From: Brevinematales bacterium
Lineage (GTDB): Bacteria; Spirochaetota; Brevinematia; Brevinematales; JAOACQ01
Direction: 5' to 3'
Assembly (NCBI GenBank): GCA_020052515.1
Contig: JAGVOW010000080.1
Location: forward strand, 7,993-71,992
Length of the DNA: 64,000 nucleotides
In this document: piece by piece, positions 16,535 through 26,656 of the stretch
How the letters are laid out: each line of letters opens with the position of its first letter
Numbering within the stretch: the first letter of the stretch is position 1
Notes under the pieces: generated by a model
What the model was told of the DNA's origin: nothing
Database searches by the model: none
The model's input: only the letters and a program-made list of their open reading frames with translations
Made by a program: the position numbers and the translations under genes

Positions 16535-17452
16535 ATGAAGATTGAAGAGCTCATTGATAAATTTATCACCTATCTAAACTACGAAAAAGGTTATTCAAAA
16601 AACACCTCAATTGCCTATCAAAATGATCTGTCAGAATTTACCAGCTTCATTTCAAAACAAAAAATCCAGGATGTCACTGAGGTCAATTACAAAACCCTTT
16701 ATCATTATATTTCTTATCTCGGAGAGTCAGGGCTGAAGGCCTCCAGTGTAGAACGAAAAGCGGCCTCTATTAAGTCATTTTTTCATTTTCTCATGAAGAA
16801 CGCGCTGATCCAGAAGAATCCAGCTATCTTGATTTCTTCTCCCAGAAAAGAAAAAAGGCTGCCGCGCATCCTCGAAAAAAAAGAGGTTCTAGGCCTGATT
16901 GATTCTATACCGGAACAAAATGCCCTGGAATTCAGGAACAAGACAATTTTGATGCTTCTTTACGCGAGCGGCCTTAGAATTTCGGAATTAACCGGGCTGG
17001 ATTTGAAAAATGTGGATTTTAAAGAAGGAATCCTTCGGGTAAGGGGAAAAGGAAATAAAGAAAGGATTGTTCCTACGGGTGAAAAGACACGCCGGATGCT
17101 GGTTCAATACTTAAGTTTCAGGAAGGAACTGGATTCTGTAAAAGGCATCCATGAAGCCCTTTTTTTGACTAAAAGCGGGAAAAGAATTCAGGACAGAATG
17201 GTACGGTATATTTTGAATCGGGCTATCCAGGAACTGTCTTTGCAGAAACATGTTTCCCCTCATACGTTGCGCCACACCTTTGCCACTCATTTACTGGAAA
17301 ATGGCGCAAATATCCGTGTTATTCAGGAAATGCTTGGGCATTCCAGCCTTTCAACAACCCAGATTTACACCCATCTGACTACTGAAAAACTCAAAGAAAA
17401 CTACGATCAATTTCACCCCCACGCCCAGGAAAGCAATAAAAAGAAAATTTGA
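16535..17452 (+). CDS. Tyrosine site-specific recombinase, XerC/XerD family
   Basis: N-terminal SAM-like core-binding domain plus ASGLRISEL ... HTLRHTFATHLLENGANIRVIQEMLGHSSLSTTQIYTH (R-H-R-Y catalytic set). Confidence 0.85.
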   Translation: MKIEELIDKFITYLNYEKGYSKNTSIAYQNDLSEFTSFISKQKIQDVTEVNYKTLYHYISYLGESGLKASSVERKAASIKSFFHFLMKNALIQKNPAILISSPRKEKRLPRILEKKEVLGLIDSIPEQNALEFRNKTILMLLYASGLRISELTGLDLKNVDFKEGILRVRGKGNKERIVPTGEKTRRMLVQYLSFRKELDSVKGIHEALFLTKSGKRIQDRMVRYILNRAIQELSLQKHVSPHTLRHTFATHLLENGANIRVIQEMLGHSSLSTTQIYTHLTTEKLKENYDQFHPHAQESNKKKI

Positions 17453-17506
17453 CAGAATTGTCTTCCGCCAATAAAATAATAGAACTGATTTATAGAGGAG
17501 GTTATT

Positions 17507-17740
17507 ATGGCTGATGTTTTTGACAAGGTAAAAGAGATTATTGTGGATAAGCTGGGCGTGGATGAGGGGGCGATTAAATTAGAAGCTTCTTTTATTGAAG
17601 ATCTAGGCGCAGATTCTTTGGATATTGTTGACCTTGTTATGGCTTTAGAAGAAGAGTTTGGAATTGATATTCCCGACGAAGAAGCCCAGAACATTAAAAC
17701 AGTGGGTGACGCCGTAAATTACATTAAGAGTCATCAGTAA
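17507..17740 (+). CDS. acpP: Acyl carrier protein
   Basis: 77 aa, acidic. [19 protein letters not shown] phosphopantetheine-attachment motif. GGAGG RBS. Confidence 0.9.
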   Translation: MADVFDKVKEIIVDKLGVDEGAIKLEASFIEDLGADSLDIVDLVMALEEEFGIDIPDEEAQNIKTVGDAVNYIKSHQ

Positions 17741-17769
17741 AAAAAACGGGGATTTATCCCCGTTTTTTT
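17741..17769 (+). terminator. Rho-independent terminator after acpP
   Basis: ACGGGGA-TTTA-TCCCCGT stem-loop followed by a T7 run. Confidence 0.8.
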
Positions 17770-17786
17770 ACATTAAGGATGATTAG

Positions 17787-18968
17787 ATGAAAAGAACAAT
17801 CCTCTTTTTTCTCTTTTTGCTCAGCTTTGTTGGCGCTTCCTACTCCGCTGCATTCCACTTTGTTAATGAAATAGGCAAAAAGTACCGTTTTAAAAACTTG
17901 ATCCACCAGGATATTTACCGGAATGGCTCTTTTTTTAAAAGCGTGGAGTCTATGAATAAAGCTACTCTGGAAGTAACCGATATCACCAATGGCTTTGGGT
18001 TATTCCAGGGGAAATATTATTATTATGAGAAAAACGCGAATATAAATGAATCCTTCAAGCTCAAAGACATTTATGAAAGTTTCTTTTATAAAAATGAACA
18101 GGGAGAGATGTTTGTTTCTCCGCAAGTTTTAATGCCTTCTTTGAGAAGTATTCCTACTTTTCCCACCAATGATTTAAAACCCGGCGATTCATGGAGGGCA
18201 AAAGGTGAGGAGATCCATGAAGGAATTCTGGAAAAGGGAAACATTCTTCTTTTTGACGTGGATGTGTATTACAAATATCTAGGGGAAGAAAGTTTCAATA
18301 ATAAATCTTACTCCAAAATATCTATTGATTACCATATCATTCATTATCCAAAAAACGATCCGGACATTCTCAGTTTTACCGGTTTTTCTCATTCTTTTTA
18401 TTACTGGGACCCCGCTTATTTCTCGCCGTCTTTTTACAATGAGGATTATTCTTTTCTGTTTACTTTACGCAGTGGAGAAACCGCTCTCTATACCGGCAGC
18501 ACAGAAGGAAAAGTTGACTATGTGAGCGATGTAACAGAACCTAAGAAAAAAGAAATTATTCAAGAAATCAGCAATAAGATTCCCGTTTCCAGCGGCATCA
18601 GCGTAAAGAATGTTGTAGACGGAATTATTGTTAATTTGGGCAACATCCTCTTTGATTTTAATAAAGCTTCGCTGAAAAGCGAGTTTGAAAAACGCCTCGG
18701 CCAGATAGCGGAAATACTCAGAAAATACCCGGAACTGGACATCATTATTTCCGGCCATACAGACAATATAGGCGCAGAATCTTATAACCAAAATCTATCC
18801 GAAAACAGGGCAAAAACCGTTTCCGACTATTTAATAAAAAAAGGAATTGCCCCTAACCGCTTATCCTACATCGGCTACGGAAGTCAAAAACCTTTATTAG
18901 ACAACAGCACAGAAACAGGCAGAGCTCAAAACAGAAGAGTGGAAATAAAGATTATAACAAAAGAATAA
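17787..18968 (+). CDS. Secreted/periplasmic protein with a C-terminal OmpA-family peptidoglycan-binding domain
   Basis: Signal peptide. C-terminus ILFDFNKASLK...ISGHTDNIGAESYNQNLSENRAKTV...GRAQNRRVEIKI is the OmpA_C motif. I do not recognise the N-terminal ~270 aa. Confidence 0.8.
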   Translation: MKRTILFFLFLLSFVGASYSAAFHFVNEIGKKYRFKNLIHQDIYRNGSFFKSVESMNKATLEVTDITNGFGLFQGKYYYYEKNANINESFKLKDIYESFFYKNEQGEMFVSPQVLMPSLRSIPTFPTNDLKPGDSWRAKGEEIHEGILEKGNILLFDVDVYYKYLGEESFNNKSYSKISIDYHIIHYPKNDPDILSFTGFSHSFYYWDPAYFSPSFYNEDYSFLFTLRSGETALYTGSTEGKVDYVSDVTEPKKKEIIQEISNKIPVSSGISVKNVVDGIIVNLGNILFDFNKASLKSEFEKRLGQIAEILRKYPELDIIISGHTDNIGAESYNQNLSENRAKTVSDYLIKKGIAPNRLSYIGYGSQKPLLDNSTETGRAQNRRVEIKIITKE

Positions 18969-18971
18969 CCC

Positions 18972-19982
18972 CTAAGGGAAGAAGAGATAAAGCATAATTC
19001 CCAGCATCGCGATAGCAGCCGCGACTACAGCAAAAAATATAATATTAAAAGCCGCCTTTTCTTTTCTAGAATCAGGCGCTGTCATGTTGACGGACATGGA
19101 AGATGTGCCTTCTGATGATTTTTCCTGTTTCTTGGATTTATCCTGGGAAAGATCGTATTTTTTGACTTTTACCGTATCTTCATCGATTGATTTGCCATAA
19201 ATAGAAGGGCCAATGTTTAAGAGCACCGTAAATATTTTTCCTTCTTTGGAGACTCGTACCACAGAAGCTGGTATAGGCACAAGCTCGTTCTCAACAGAAG
19301 CGTTTAGAAGATCTATAAAATACTGGCCACGGCTGGATTGCTCAGTAATCTTGATCATAATTTTATCGCCTTCTTTCAGTTCATAAATCGCAATACCGGA
19401 TAGAGGAGATAAAACTAAAGCCACCTCCAGGACAACTGCGCCTTCCTCGGTTTTATCAGAAGCCGGCGCGTCTGTTTTTGATCCGGAATTGTTATCCACA
19501 CCTTCCCTTAAAGCATCTTTACTTCTTTTTGATTGGCGAATATCTTCTATTTCGGCCTTATGAGCGGTTTCGACGACTACCTCACACTTGATATTCTTAT
19601 CACCTGTGGGTCTGGCTAAAACCTCTTCAAAAATCGAAGCCACTTTATTAATCTGAGCTTTCTTGATATTAGCCCATATATCCTGTGTTCTACCGGTACC
19701 CGGCTGGAATAAATCTTCAATACTGGCCTGAATGTCATGGGTTAAACTGGTCGCAAACTCACCTTTCCATTTCAGTTTATTGATCACGTCTTCCATTTCA
19801 CTCCAGGGCATACTGATATTGTTCTCATAAAGAGTACTGAAATGAGAAGAAACCACATCAAATTTTTCAACATTCTTGCTGTTATTGTCCAGGAAAACAA
19901 TAAAAACACCGTAAGAACTGCTGCTCAGAGCCTTGAAACGCCCTTTGAAAATAATAGTTGTCGCTTCTATTCTATTTTCCAT
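18972..19982 (-). CDS. Hypothetical protein with a single C-terminal transmembrane anchor
   Basis: The ORF opens with GTG at 20015. The ATG at 19982 has a GGAGAGG RBS. Charged low-complexity linkers are present. The C-terminus FNIIFFAVVAAAIAMLGIMLYLFF is a TM helix. I recognise no family. Confidence 0.5.
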   Translation of the reverse strand: MENRIEATTIIFKGRFKALSSSSYGVFIVFLDNNSKNVEKFDVVSSHFSTLYENNISMPWSEMEDVINKLKWKGEFATSLTHDIQASIEDLFQPGTGRTQDIWANIKKAQINKVASIFEEVLARPTGDKNIKCEVVVETAHKAEIEDIRQSKRSKDALREGVDNNSGSKTDAPASDKTEEGAVVLEVALVLSPLSGIAIYELKEGDKIMIKITEQSSRGQYFIDLLNASVENELVPIPASVVRVSKEGKIFTVLLNIGPSIYGKSIDEDTVKVKKYDLSQDKSKKQEKSSEGTSSMSVNMTAPDSRKEKAAFNIIFFAVVAAAIAMLGIMLYLFFP

Positions 19983-20073
19983 TAAACTTATCCTCTCCGG
20001 AATGGTTTTGAGCACTGCCCCTTTGTATCAACCCAGATTCTATCACGAAACCTTGTTTTTTGTCAATTATTTA

Positions 20074-20102
20074 TTTACTAAAATCAAATATTATATTATA
20101 AT
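20074..20102 (+). promoter_or_regulatory. Possible promoter of the lolC/lolD-like operon (TTTACT-17-TATAAT)
   Basis: Hexamers with 17-nt spacing, 40 nt upstream of the ATG at 20143. Confidence 0.4.
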
Positions 20103-20142
20103 CTTGCCCTATGGATATCGGAAAAGGCGGGTTAATTCTTAA

Positions 20143-21426
20143 ATGAATATCGTTTTGTATCTTTCCTCCAAGTATCTAACTCCGAAAGCGAGCGACCGGG
20201 GAATATCGGCTATAGCTGTTATTGCCTTGCTTACCATCATTGTCAGCAGTGCCGCGGCTGTGGTCATTCTGTCTGCCGCCAATGGCATCCATAGTAACTT
20301 CCTGCAGAAATTAATGGCAAAAGACGCTCACATTATTGTTTTAGGCCCCGGCAAAGGTATTCCCGACTATAAGAATTATATTTCTAAAATCGAAAAAATA
20401 CCTGGAGTTAAGACAGTTATGCCCTACTTTCAAAATCAGGCTCTAATCAAAGGTAGCCTGAATGTAAGAGGAACAGAGATTATGGGGGTCCCGTCTCGCG
20501 TTGTAGAAGAAGACAAAGATTTTTTGAAGCAATTTGTTATGCAGGAAGGAAAGTTCGACTTATCCTCGCCTAATTCCGTAATTTTGGGCTATAATCTCGC
20601 ATGGAATTTGGGCGCAAGCATTGGAAGCTTTGTTTATGTAACTGTTTACAGCGAAGAATTTTATAGTGTACAATATAAATTTAAGGTAAGGGGTATTTTT
20701 TCGGTAGGCAACAGGGATTATGATTCCTCACTCGCTTTTATTTCTTTTCAGGACGCCCAGCTTATCTTTGATTCAGCGGGTATGGCTTATGGCCTGGCAA
20801 TCAAGGTAGAGGAACCTTTTGAGGCTGAGAAATACATTCCCTCTATAAAAAAGGCCTGTCCTTACTACCCATACACCTGGAAAACTCTGCACCGCAATGA
20901 TTACGCGGCTTTGCAGGATGAAAAAATGTTGATCATGGTAATTCTCGCGTTTTTCTTTATAGTAGTAGGTTTTAATATTTTAAGCACTATGATAGCAATG
21001 GTTCTGGATAAAAAAGAGGAAATCGGCATTCTAAAAGCGATGGGCTTAAAGCCAAAAGAAACACTTTATATTTTTCTCCTGGATGGTTTTCTTCTAGGTG
21101 TTTTCGGCAGTCTTTCGGGAATATTAACCGGGCTTTTCATCGCCATCACTTTGAACGATATTTTGAGGTGGATTGAAAAAGGAATTACCTTTATCAATTC
21201 TTCCGCTTACTTTTTTGTGTCCTGGATAAAAGGGGTGTCCGCACCCGAGCCATTTCACTTTTTTAACTCAAGCGTTTATTATATTGACAAGATGCCAATG
21301 CAGATTATTTTTACTGACCTTGCTTTTGTCCTTCTTTTATCAGTATTTTTAAGCTCTCTGGCTGTTGTAATACCGGCTTTTAAGGCTTCCAGACTAAGGC
21401 CAGTCGAGGTATTAAGAAATGACTAA
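20143..21426 (+). CDS. LolC/LolE-like ABC transporter permease (MacB-type periplasmic domain + FtsX domain)
   Basis: N-terminal TM helix, large periplasmic domain and three C-terminal TM helices ending KASRLRPVEVLR. Followed by a LolD-like ATPase. Confidence 0.8.
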   Translation: MNIVLYLSSKYLTPKASDRGISAIAVIALLTIIVSSAAAVVILSAANGIHSNFLQKLMAKDAHIIVLGPGKGIPDYKNYISKIEKIPGVKTVMPYFQNQALIKGSLNVRGTEIMGVPSRVVEEDKDFLKQFVMQEGKFDLSSPNSVILGYNLAWNLGASIGSFVYVTVYSEEFYSVQYKFKVRGIFSVGNRDYDSSLAFISFQDAQLIFDSAGMAYGLAIKVEEPFEAEKYIPSIKKACPYYPYTWKTLHRNDYAALQDEKMLIMVILAFFFIVVGFNILSTMIAMVLDKKEEIGILKAMGLKPKETLYIFLLDGFLLGVFGSLSGILTGLFIAITLNDILRWIEKGITFINSSAYFFVSWIKGVSAPEPFHFFNSSVYYIDKMPMQIIFTDLAFVLLLSVFLSSLAVVIPAFKASRLRPVEVLRND

Positions 21427-22075
21427 TATCCTATCGGGCAAGAAACTGTCGAAGGAATACCGGACAGTGGTAGATAAAGTGCTGGTATTTGAAAATATCA
21501 ATCTTGAAATTGAGGCGGGTTCAGCAACAGCTATTATTGGACAAAGCGGCAGGGGAAAGACCACTCTGCTCAATATTTTAAGCGGCCTGGACCGGCCCAC
21601 TTCAGGGGAAGTTTTTCTCAATCAAGAACGCATAGACAATAAGAGTGAGAAAGATTTATCGGATTTTAGAAACCGAAACATCGGTTTTGTCTTTCAACAC
21701 CATTATTTACTGGAAGATTTTACCGCTTTAGACAACGTGCTCATCCCTTTACGGATCGGCGGTAAAAAAATCGATCCCGAAACTGCGGATTGGGCGCTGG
21801 AACTCTTGTCCAATCTGGGAATTTATGAAAGAAGAGAGCATTATCCAGATCAGTTGAGCGGCGGGGAAAGGCAACGAGTAGCTATTGCCCGTGCCCTTGT
21901 TTTCAATCCTCTGGTGGTTTTTGCGGATGAGCCAACCGGAAGTTTAGACAAAAAAAACTCCGCTATGGTAGAAGAAATGCTCTGGGAATTAAAAGACAAA
22001 TGGAATAAAACGCTGGTAATAGCGACTCACAATATGGAAATTGCAAAAAAATGTAGTATAATTGATTTAGGGTAA
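21419..22075 (+). CDS. LolD-like ABC transporter ATP-binding protein
   Basis: Walker A GQSGRGKTTLLN, signature LSGGERQRVAIARAL, Walker B VVFADEPTGSLD. Confidence 0.85.
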   Translation: MTNILSGKKLSKEYRTVVDKVLVFENINLEIEAGSATAIIGQSGRGKTTLLNILSGLDRPTSGEVFLNQERIDNKSEKDLSDFRNRNIGFVFQHHYLLEDFTALDNVLIPLRIGGKKIDPETADWALELLSNLGIYERREHYPDQLSGGERQRVAIARALVFNPLVVFADEPTGSLDKKNSAMVEEMLWELKDKWNKTLVIATHNMEIAKKCSIIDLG

Positions 22076-22140
22076 CTACTTAGCCGTTTCCTCTCTTGGG
22101 AGGGGAGAATGAAATGTAGTAATTTAGAGAGGGAATTTTT

Positions 22141-23016
22141 ATGGGAAATTTGGTTTATCTGAATGGAGAATTGGTTGAAAAAGAGAATGCCCGGATTTCT
22201 ATTTTTGACCATGGTGTTCTTTACGGAGACGGGGTTTTTGAAGGGATTCGGGCTTATAACAAAAAGATTTTTAAGCTTTCCGAACATATTGACCGTCTTT
22301 ATGATTCCGCAAAAATCATCATGCTTTCTATTCCCTTGTCCAAAGAAGAATTTAAAAAAGCCATTATTCAAGTCTGTAAAGCAAATGGAATGGAAGATGG
22401 CTATATACGGCCTGTTGTCACAAGAGGGGTGGGTTATCTCGGCCTTTCTCCCTGGAATTGCACGGAGCCAAGCGTATTTATCATTACGGACAGTCTTCAG
22501 CTTTATCCAGTAGAACTTTATGAAAAAGGCATGCCGGTTGTCACCGTGCCGACCAGGAGAAACTCAAATGAATCTTTAAGCCCCATTATAAAATCGCTGA
22601 ATTACCTCAACAACATAATGGCAAAGATTGAAGGGAAAAACGCGGGCGTTGAGGAAGTCATTATGCTCAACAATGAAGGTACCGTCGCGGAATGTTCCGG
22701 CGACAATATTTTCATGGTTAAGAAGAATAAGATTTTTACCCCCCCTGTAGTCGCTGGAGCGTTGCCTGGCATTACTATGGCTTCTGTGATCGAACTGGCT
22801 ATAGAAGCCGGTTATTCAGTGGAGGAAAAATATTTTTCCCGGGCGGAAATGTTTATTGCGGATGAGGTTTTTCTCACCGGTACAGCCGCTGAGATTGTAC
22901 CGGTTGTAAAAATTGATGGAAGGACAATTGGAGAAGGCCTCCCTGGCAAAATCACCCGGGAGCTGACAAAAAAATTTAAGTCTTATGTCGATAGTCATGG
23001 GACACCTATTTTGTGA
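22141..23016 (+). CDS. ilvE: Branched-chain amino acid aminotransferase (class IV PLP enzyme)
   Basis: 291 aa. ISIFDHGVLYGDGVFEGIRAY ... IRPVVTRG ... IKSLNYLNNIMAK class IV motifs. Confidence 0.8.
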   Translation: MGNLVYLNGELVEKENARISIFDHGVLYGDGVFEGIRAYNKKIFKLSEHIDRLYDSAKIIMLSIPLSKEEFKKAIIQVCKANGMEDGYIRPVVTRGVGYLGLSPWNCTEPSVFIITDSLQLYPVELYEKGMPVVTVPTRRNSNESLSPIIKSLNYLNNIMAKIEGKNAGVEEVIMLNNEGTVAECSGDNIFMVKKNKIFTPPVVAGALPGITMASVIELAIEAGYSVEEKYFSRAEMFIADEVFLTGTAAEIVPVVKIDGRTIGEGLPGKITRELTKKFKSYVDSHGTPIL

Positions 23017-23025
23017 GGATTTAGA

Positions 23026-23637
23026 ATGGGAATTACAGAATTCTTGGCGGCGTATATTACCCGATTTATGAACGAAACCGGTTATATCACAGTGGTGGTC
23101 GCTATGGCAATGGAAAGTATGATTTTCCCCGTTCCCAGTGAAGCGGTTATGCCCTTTGCCGGCTTCCTGGTCGCGGATGGGAAATTTTCTTTCGCAGGAG
23201 TGATCTGTTTTAGTGTACTGGGAAGTATGATAGGTTCTCTCCTTTCCTACGCGATTGGTTACTATGGAGGAAGGCCTTTTGTCATAAAGTTTGGGAAATA
23301 CCTCCTGCTGGACCATTCCGAGCTGGAAGCAACTGAACGCTTTTTCAGTAAATATGGAGAAGCCGCTATTTTCATCTGCCGCTTTATTCCAGTCATCCGG
23401 CATTTGATCTCGATCCCGGCAGGACTGGCAAAAATGAATGTGCTTCGTTTTTCTATTTTTACTTTTTTGGGAGCCGGGCTCTGGAATAGCATTCTAACCA
23501 TTTCCGGATTCTACCTCTGGAAAAATTGGACAGTCATTATGAAATACAGCAAAATAGCAGACATTGCTGTCGTGTTGATTTTGTTGTTTTTAATTTTTAT
23601 TTTTATTGCCCGCCACCTTAAAAAAGGGCATAAGTGA
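23026..23637 (+). CDS. DedA-family membrane protein
   Basis: [19 protein letters not shown] ... GRPFV.KFGKY ... [15 protein letters not shown] motifs. Confidence 0.8.
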   Translation: MGITEFLAAYITRFMNETGYITVVVAMAMESMIFPVPSEAVMPFAGFLVADGKFSFAGVICFSVLGSMIGSLLSYAIGYYGGRPFVIKFGKYLLLDHSELEATERFFSKYGEAAIFICRFIPVIRHLISIPAGLAKMNVLRFSIFTFLGAGLWNSILTISGFYLWKNWTVIMKYSKIADIAVVLILLFLIFIFIARHLKKGHK

Positions 23638-23644
23638 GGTTTTT

Positions 23645-24622
23645 ATGTCTAAAGCCTGGAAAAGAAGGCTTCTTGCCGTTTTGGTTTTTTTAATCTTCAC
23701 AGGTATTTACTACGCCGGATCTGGCGATCTCTGGGTGATTTTATACGGCTCTTTGGCCGCGCTTATTATGGTAGCGCTGGACAAGTTTTTTTACTCAAAA
23801 CGGGGTATTTTTCTTTATTCTCTCTTAGGGCTTATTGCCGGTTTTTATAGCGGGCAGTTTCTTTTCAGTGTATTTGCTCAGATAGCGCCTATTTTTTTCA
23901 CCGTGAAGCTTTCCCCCTATTTTATTTTGTTTTTTATGTACACTGGATTTACTTTGCCGCTACTCGCTTCCCAGAAACACGGATACGCCCTCAATTTTCC
24001 ATTTGGCAGTGAAGGCGAGAAAAAGTCCACGGACATTAAACTATTAGACACCAGTGTGGTGATTGACGGAAGAATCGCCGACATCGCGGACACCGGTTTC
24101 ATCAGCGGCACTTTGATCCTGCCAAAATTCGTTTTGAATGAAATCCAGAGCCTTGCGGACTCCAAAGACCCGATTAAGAGAAGCCGCGCGCGAAGAGGCC
24201 TCGATGTCCTGAATAAACTCAAAGAAACCCAATCCCTGGACCTGAAGATTTATTCCCGCGATTTTCCGGAAGTAAAAGGTGTAGACGCGAAATTGATCAG
24301 CCTCGCGAAAGAAATGAGCGCCAGCATTATCACCAATGACTACAATTTGAATAAGGTAGCTCAATTAGACAGCATTCCTATTTTGAATCTGAATGATCTC
24401 GCTAACGCTTTAAAGCCTGTTCTACTGCCGGGTGAAGAAATGGAGCTGGATGTTTTAAAAGAAGGGAAAGAAAATAACCAGGGCCTGGGGTACCTTCCAG
24501 ATGGGACTATGGTGGTTGTGGCAAACGGCTTGAGCTTGATCGGTAAACGCATCCCAGTCAAGGTAACCAGTATCCTTCAGACATCGGCCGGCAGAATCGT
24601 CTTTACAGAGCCCAAAAAATAA
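23645..24622 (+). CDS. PIN/TRAM-domain membrane protein (YacL-like)
   Basis: N-terminal TM helices, a PIN domain ([15 protein letters not shown]...[11 protein letters not shown]) and a C-terminal TRAM-like barrel. The ATG at 23645 has a GAGG RBS; the ORF opens at 23606. Confidence 0.75.
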   Translation: MSKAWKRRLLAVLVFLIFTGIYYAGSGDLWVILYGSLAALIMVALDKFFYSKRGIFLYSLLGLIAGFYSGQFLFSVFAQIAPIFFTVKLSPYFILFFMYTGFTLPLLASQKHGYALNFPFGSEGEKKSTDIKLLDTSVVIDGRIADIADTGFISGTLILPKFVLNEIQSLADSKDPIKRSRARRGLDVLNKLKETQSLDLKIYSRDFPEVKGVDAKLISLAKEMSASIITNDYNLNKVAQLDSIPILNLNDLANALKPVLLPGEEMELDVLKEGKENNQGLGYLPDGTMVVVANGLSLIGKRIPVKVTSILQTSAGRIVFTEPKK

Positions 24623-25092
24623 TGTTGCGGATTGGTTTAGGCTATGATCTGCACAAGCTTGTCGCTGGAAGAAAGCTAATCCTTGGTGGAGTCGAGATGG
24701 AGAGCGATTTTGGGTCCCTGGCTCATTCCGACGGAGACGCTTTGATTCACGCGTTAGTGGATTCTTTTCTTTCTCCTATTGGCGCGCCGGATATAGGGAC
24801 ACTTTTCCCGGATTCCTCAGAATCAAACCATGGCATTTCCAGCCTGGAGATTTTAAGGTCAATCAAAGAGAAATACCTCTTGGATGTGGAAATACTTTCT
24901 TTAGACGCTGTCGTTATTCTAGATCGACCTAAGATAGCGCCTTATCTAACTGAGATGAAACAGACTCTTGCCCGCATTCTGGAAATTTCAGAGGGCCGCA
25001 TTGGGATCAAGGGGAAAACATCAGAAAACACAAAACCTTCCTCTGTGGAATGCTATGTAGTAAGCCTTTTGGAAGTTAAGAATAAAGGATAA
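24622..25092 (+). CDS. ispF: 2-C-methyl-D-erythritol 2,4-cyclodiphosphate synthase
   Basis: RIGLGYDLHKL ... HSDGDALIHAL motifs. 156 aa. Confidence 0.9.
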   Translation: MLRIGLGYDLHKLVAGRKLILGGVEMESDFGSLAHSDGDALIHALVDSFLSPIGAPDIGTLFPDSSESNHGISSLEILRSIKEKYLLDVEILSLDAVVILDRPKIAPYLTEMKQTLARILEISEGRIGIKGKTSENTKPSSVECYVVSLLEVKNKG

Positions 25093-25093
25093 A

Positions 25094-26611
25094 ATGATGC
25101 AGTATATCAGTACACGCGGCAATTCTCCCGCCATTGAAAGCGCACAGGCAATTATGCTGGGGATGGTGCCCCGCGGCGGTTTATTTATCCCGGAAAACCT
25201 GCCCACTCTTGCCACAGAAGAGCTCCTGGGCTTAAATTACCAGGAATTGGCGTTTGCCGTTTTACTTCCATTTTTTGGCGGGAAAAACAAGAACTACAGT
25301 GAAGAAGAAATCAAATCTTTTATCGCGGCTGTTTATACATCTGAAAAATTTGATGATCCGCAAATTACTCCGCTTACTTTGCTGGATGAAAAGACAGCTG
25401 CTTTAGAGCTCTGGCATGGCCCTACCGCGGCTTTCAAAGACGTGGCTTTGCAAATTATGCCATACTTTTTAAAAGCCGCCGCTAAAAAATTGGGCAGTAG
25501 AAAAGAAACCGTTATTCTGGTTGCCACATCCGGAGATACCGGCAAAGCGGCCCTGGAAGGCTTTAAAGACGTGGAAGGTGCTAAAATCATTGTTTTCTAC
25601 CCAAAAGACGGCGTCAGTAAAATGCAGGAGCTGCAGATGCTTTCTACAACCGGTAAAAACACCTCTGTTGTCGGAGTAGAGGGCAATTTTGACGACTGCC
25701 AGAACATGGTAAAAGAAATATTCTCCGACGATGATTTTAACACTCTTATGAGCTTCAAGGGGTTCCAATTTTCTTCAGCCAATTCTATTAATTGGGGAAG
25801 GCTCGCCCCTCAGATTGTTTATTATTTCCGGGCATACCTTGAAATGGTTCGCAAGAACGTAGTTAAAATGGGCGATGTCGCCAATGCCGTTGTCCCGACG
25901 GGCAATTTCGGCAATATTCTAGCGGGATTTTACGCGAAAAAAATGGGGCTTCCGATTCAAACTCTTATTTGCGCTTCAAATCAAAATCATGTACTCTCGG
26001 ATTTTATCCAGACAGGAGTTTATGACCGAAAAAGAAAGTTTTTTAAAACATCCAGTCCTTCGATGGATATACTCATTTCTTCCAATCTGGAACGCCTTTT
26101 ATTTGAAATCACAAAGCATAATGCTTTTAAAATCAATCGCTGGTACGAGGATCTTTTCCAAAAGGGAGAGTTTAAACTGGATGATAATACAAAAAACACA
26201 TTGAAGAATCTCATTTATGGGGATTTTGCTTCTGAATCGGAAACCCGGATTGAAATCAAACGAGTTTTTGAAAAGTACCGCTATTTGATCGATCCGCATA
26301 CCGCTGTCGGCTTTTTCGTCCTTGAGAAATACCGCGCACAGACAGAGGATGAAGCTCCGGCTTTTGTCTGCGCGACCGCTTCGCCTTACAAGTTTAACCA
26401 GGCAGTATATCAAGCCATTACCGGTGATGATTCCTTAAAGGATGAGTTTATTATTCTGGAAAAATTGGCCGCGCTGAACAATGGGAAACCGCCTGCGAGT
26501 CTCATGGGCCTGAAGGAGGCCCCCATTCTCCACAAGCGGGTGATAAACAAACGCGAAGGCCGGAAAGTAATTGGGGAGATTTTGGGGATCAGTATAGGCG
26601 CGGTTAATTAA
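25094..26611 (+). CDS. thrC: Threonine synthase (long form)
   Basis: MQYISTRGN start and the PLP-lysine motif PTAAFKDVALQ. 505 aa. The last 6 codons and the stop lie inside a palindromic repeat. Confidence 0.85.
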   Translation: MMQYISTRGNSPAIESAQAIMLGMVPRGGLFIPENLPTLATEELLGLNYQELAFAVLLPFFGGKNKNYSEEEIKSFIAAVYTSEKFDDPQITPLTLLDEKTAALELWHGPTAAFKDVALQIMPYFLKAAAKKLGSRKETVILVATSGDTGKAALEGFKDVEGAKIIVFYPKDGVSKMQELQMLSTTGKNTSVVGVEGNFDDCQNMVKEIFSDDDFNTLMSFKGFQFSSANSINWGRLAPQIVYYFRAYLEMVRKNVVKMGDVANAVVPTGNFGNILAGFYAKKMGLPIQTLICASNQNHVLSDFIQTGVYDRKRKFFKTSSPSMDILISSNLERLLFEITKHNAFKINRWYEDLFQKGEFKLDDNTKNTLKNLIYGDFASESETRIEIKRVFEKYRYLIDPHTAVGFFVLEKYRAQTEDEAPAFVCATASPYKFNQAVYQAITGDDSLKDEFIILEKLAALNNGKPPASLMGLKEAPILHKRVINKREGRKVIGEILGISIGAVN

Positions 26612-26627
26612 CCGCGCCTATACTGAT
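26588..26627. repeat. GC-rich palindromic repeat, copy 2 (40-bp perfect palindrome)
   Basis: ATCAGTATAGGCGCGGTTAATTAACCGCGCCTATACTGAT. Overlaps the thrC 3' end and lies between convergent thrC and lepB. Confidence 0.95.
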
Positions 26628-26656
26628 TATCATCGTCTATATACTTATTTAGTTTT

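Noticed and set aside
16535-17452. Xer-like recombinase as part of an integrated mobile element or phase-variation shufflon acting on the A/B paralogs.
   Set aside because: The protein looks like a standard XerC/XerD (305 aa, full catalytic set). All four A/B genes are co-oriented. I found no inverted repeats flanking a promoter and no att-like duplications. Only the speculative link to the 28-bp palindromes is retained as a finding.
22076-22140. CCTCTCTTGGGAGGGG imperfect hairpin after lolD as another member of the G-run family or a terminator.
   Set aside because: Only about 4 of 6 stem positions pair, there is no U-tract, and the match to the family is too short and imperfect to call.
22816-23403. 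195-aa minus-strand ORF spanning the ilvE-dedA junction.
   Set aside because: It is antisense to two well-supported genes and crosses their intergenic gap. Its composition is Cys/His/Arg-rich, typical of antisense frames, and it has no recognisable motif.
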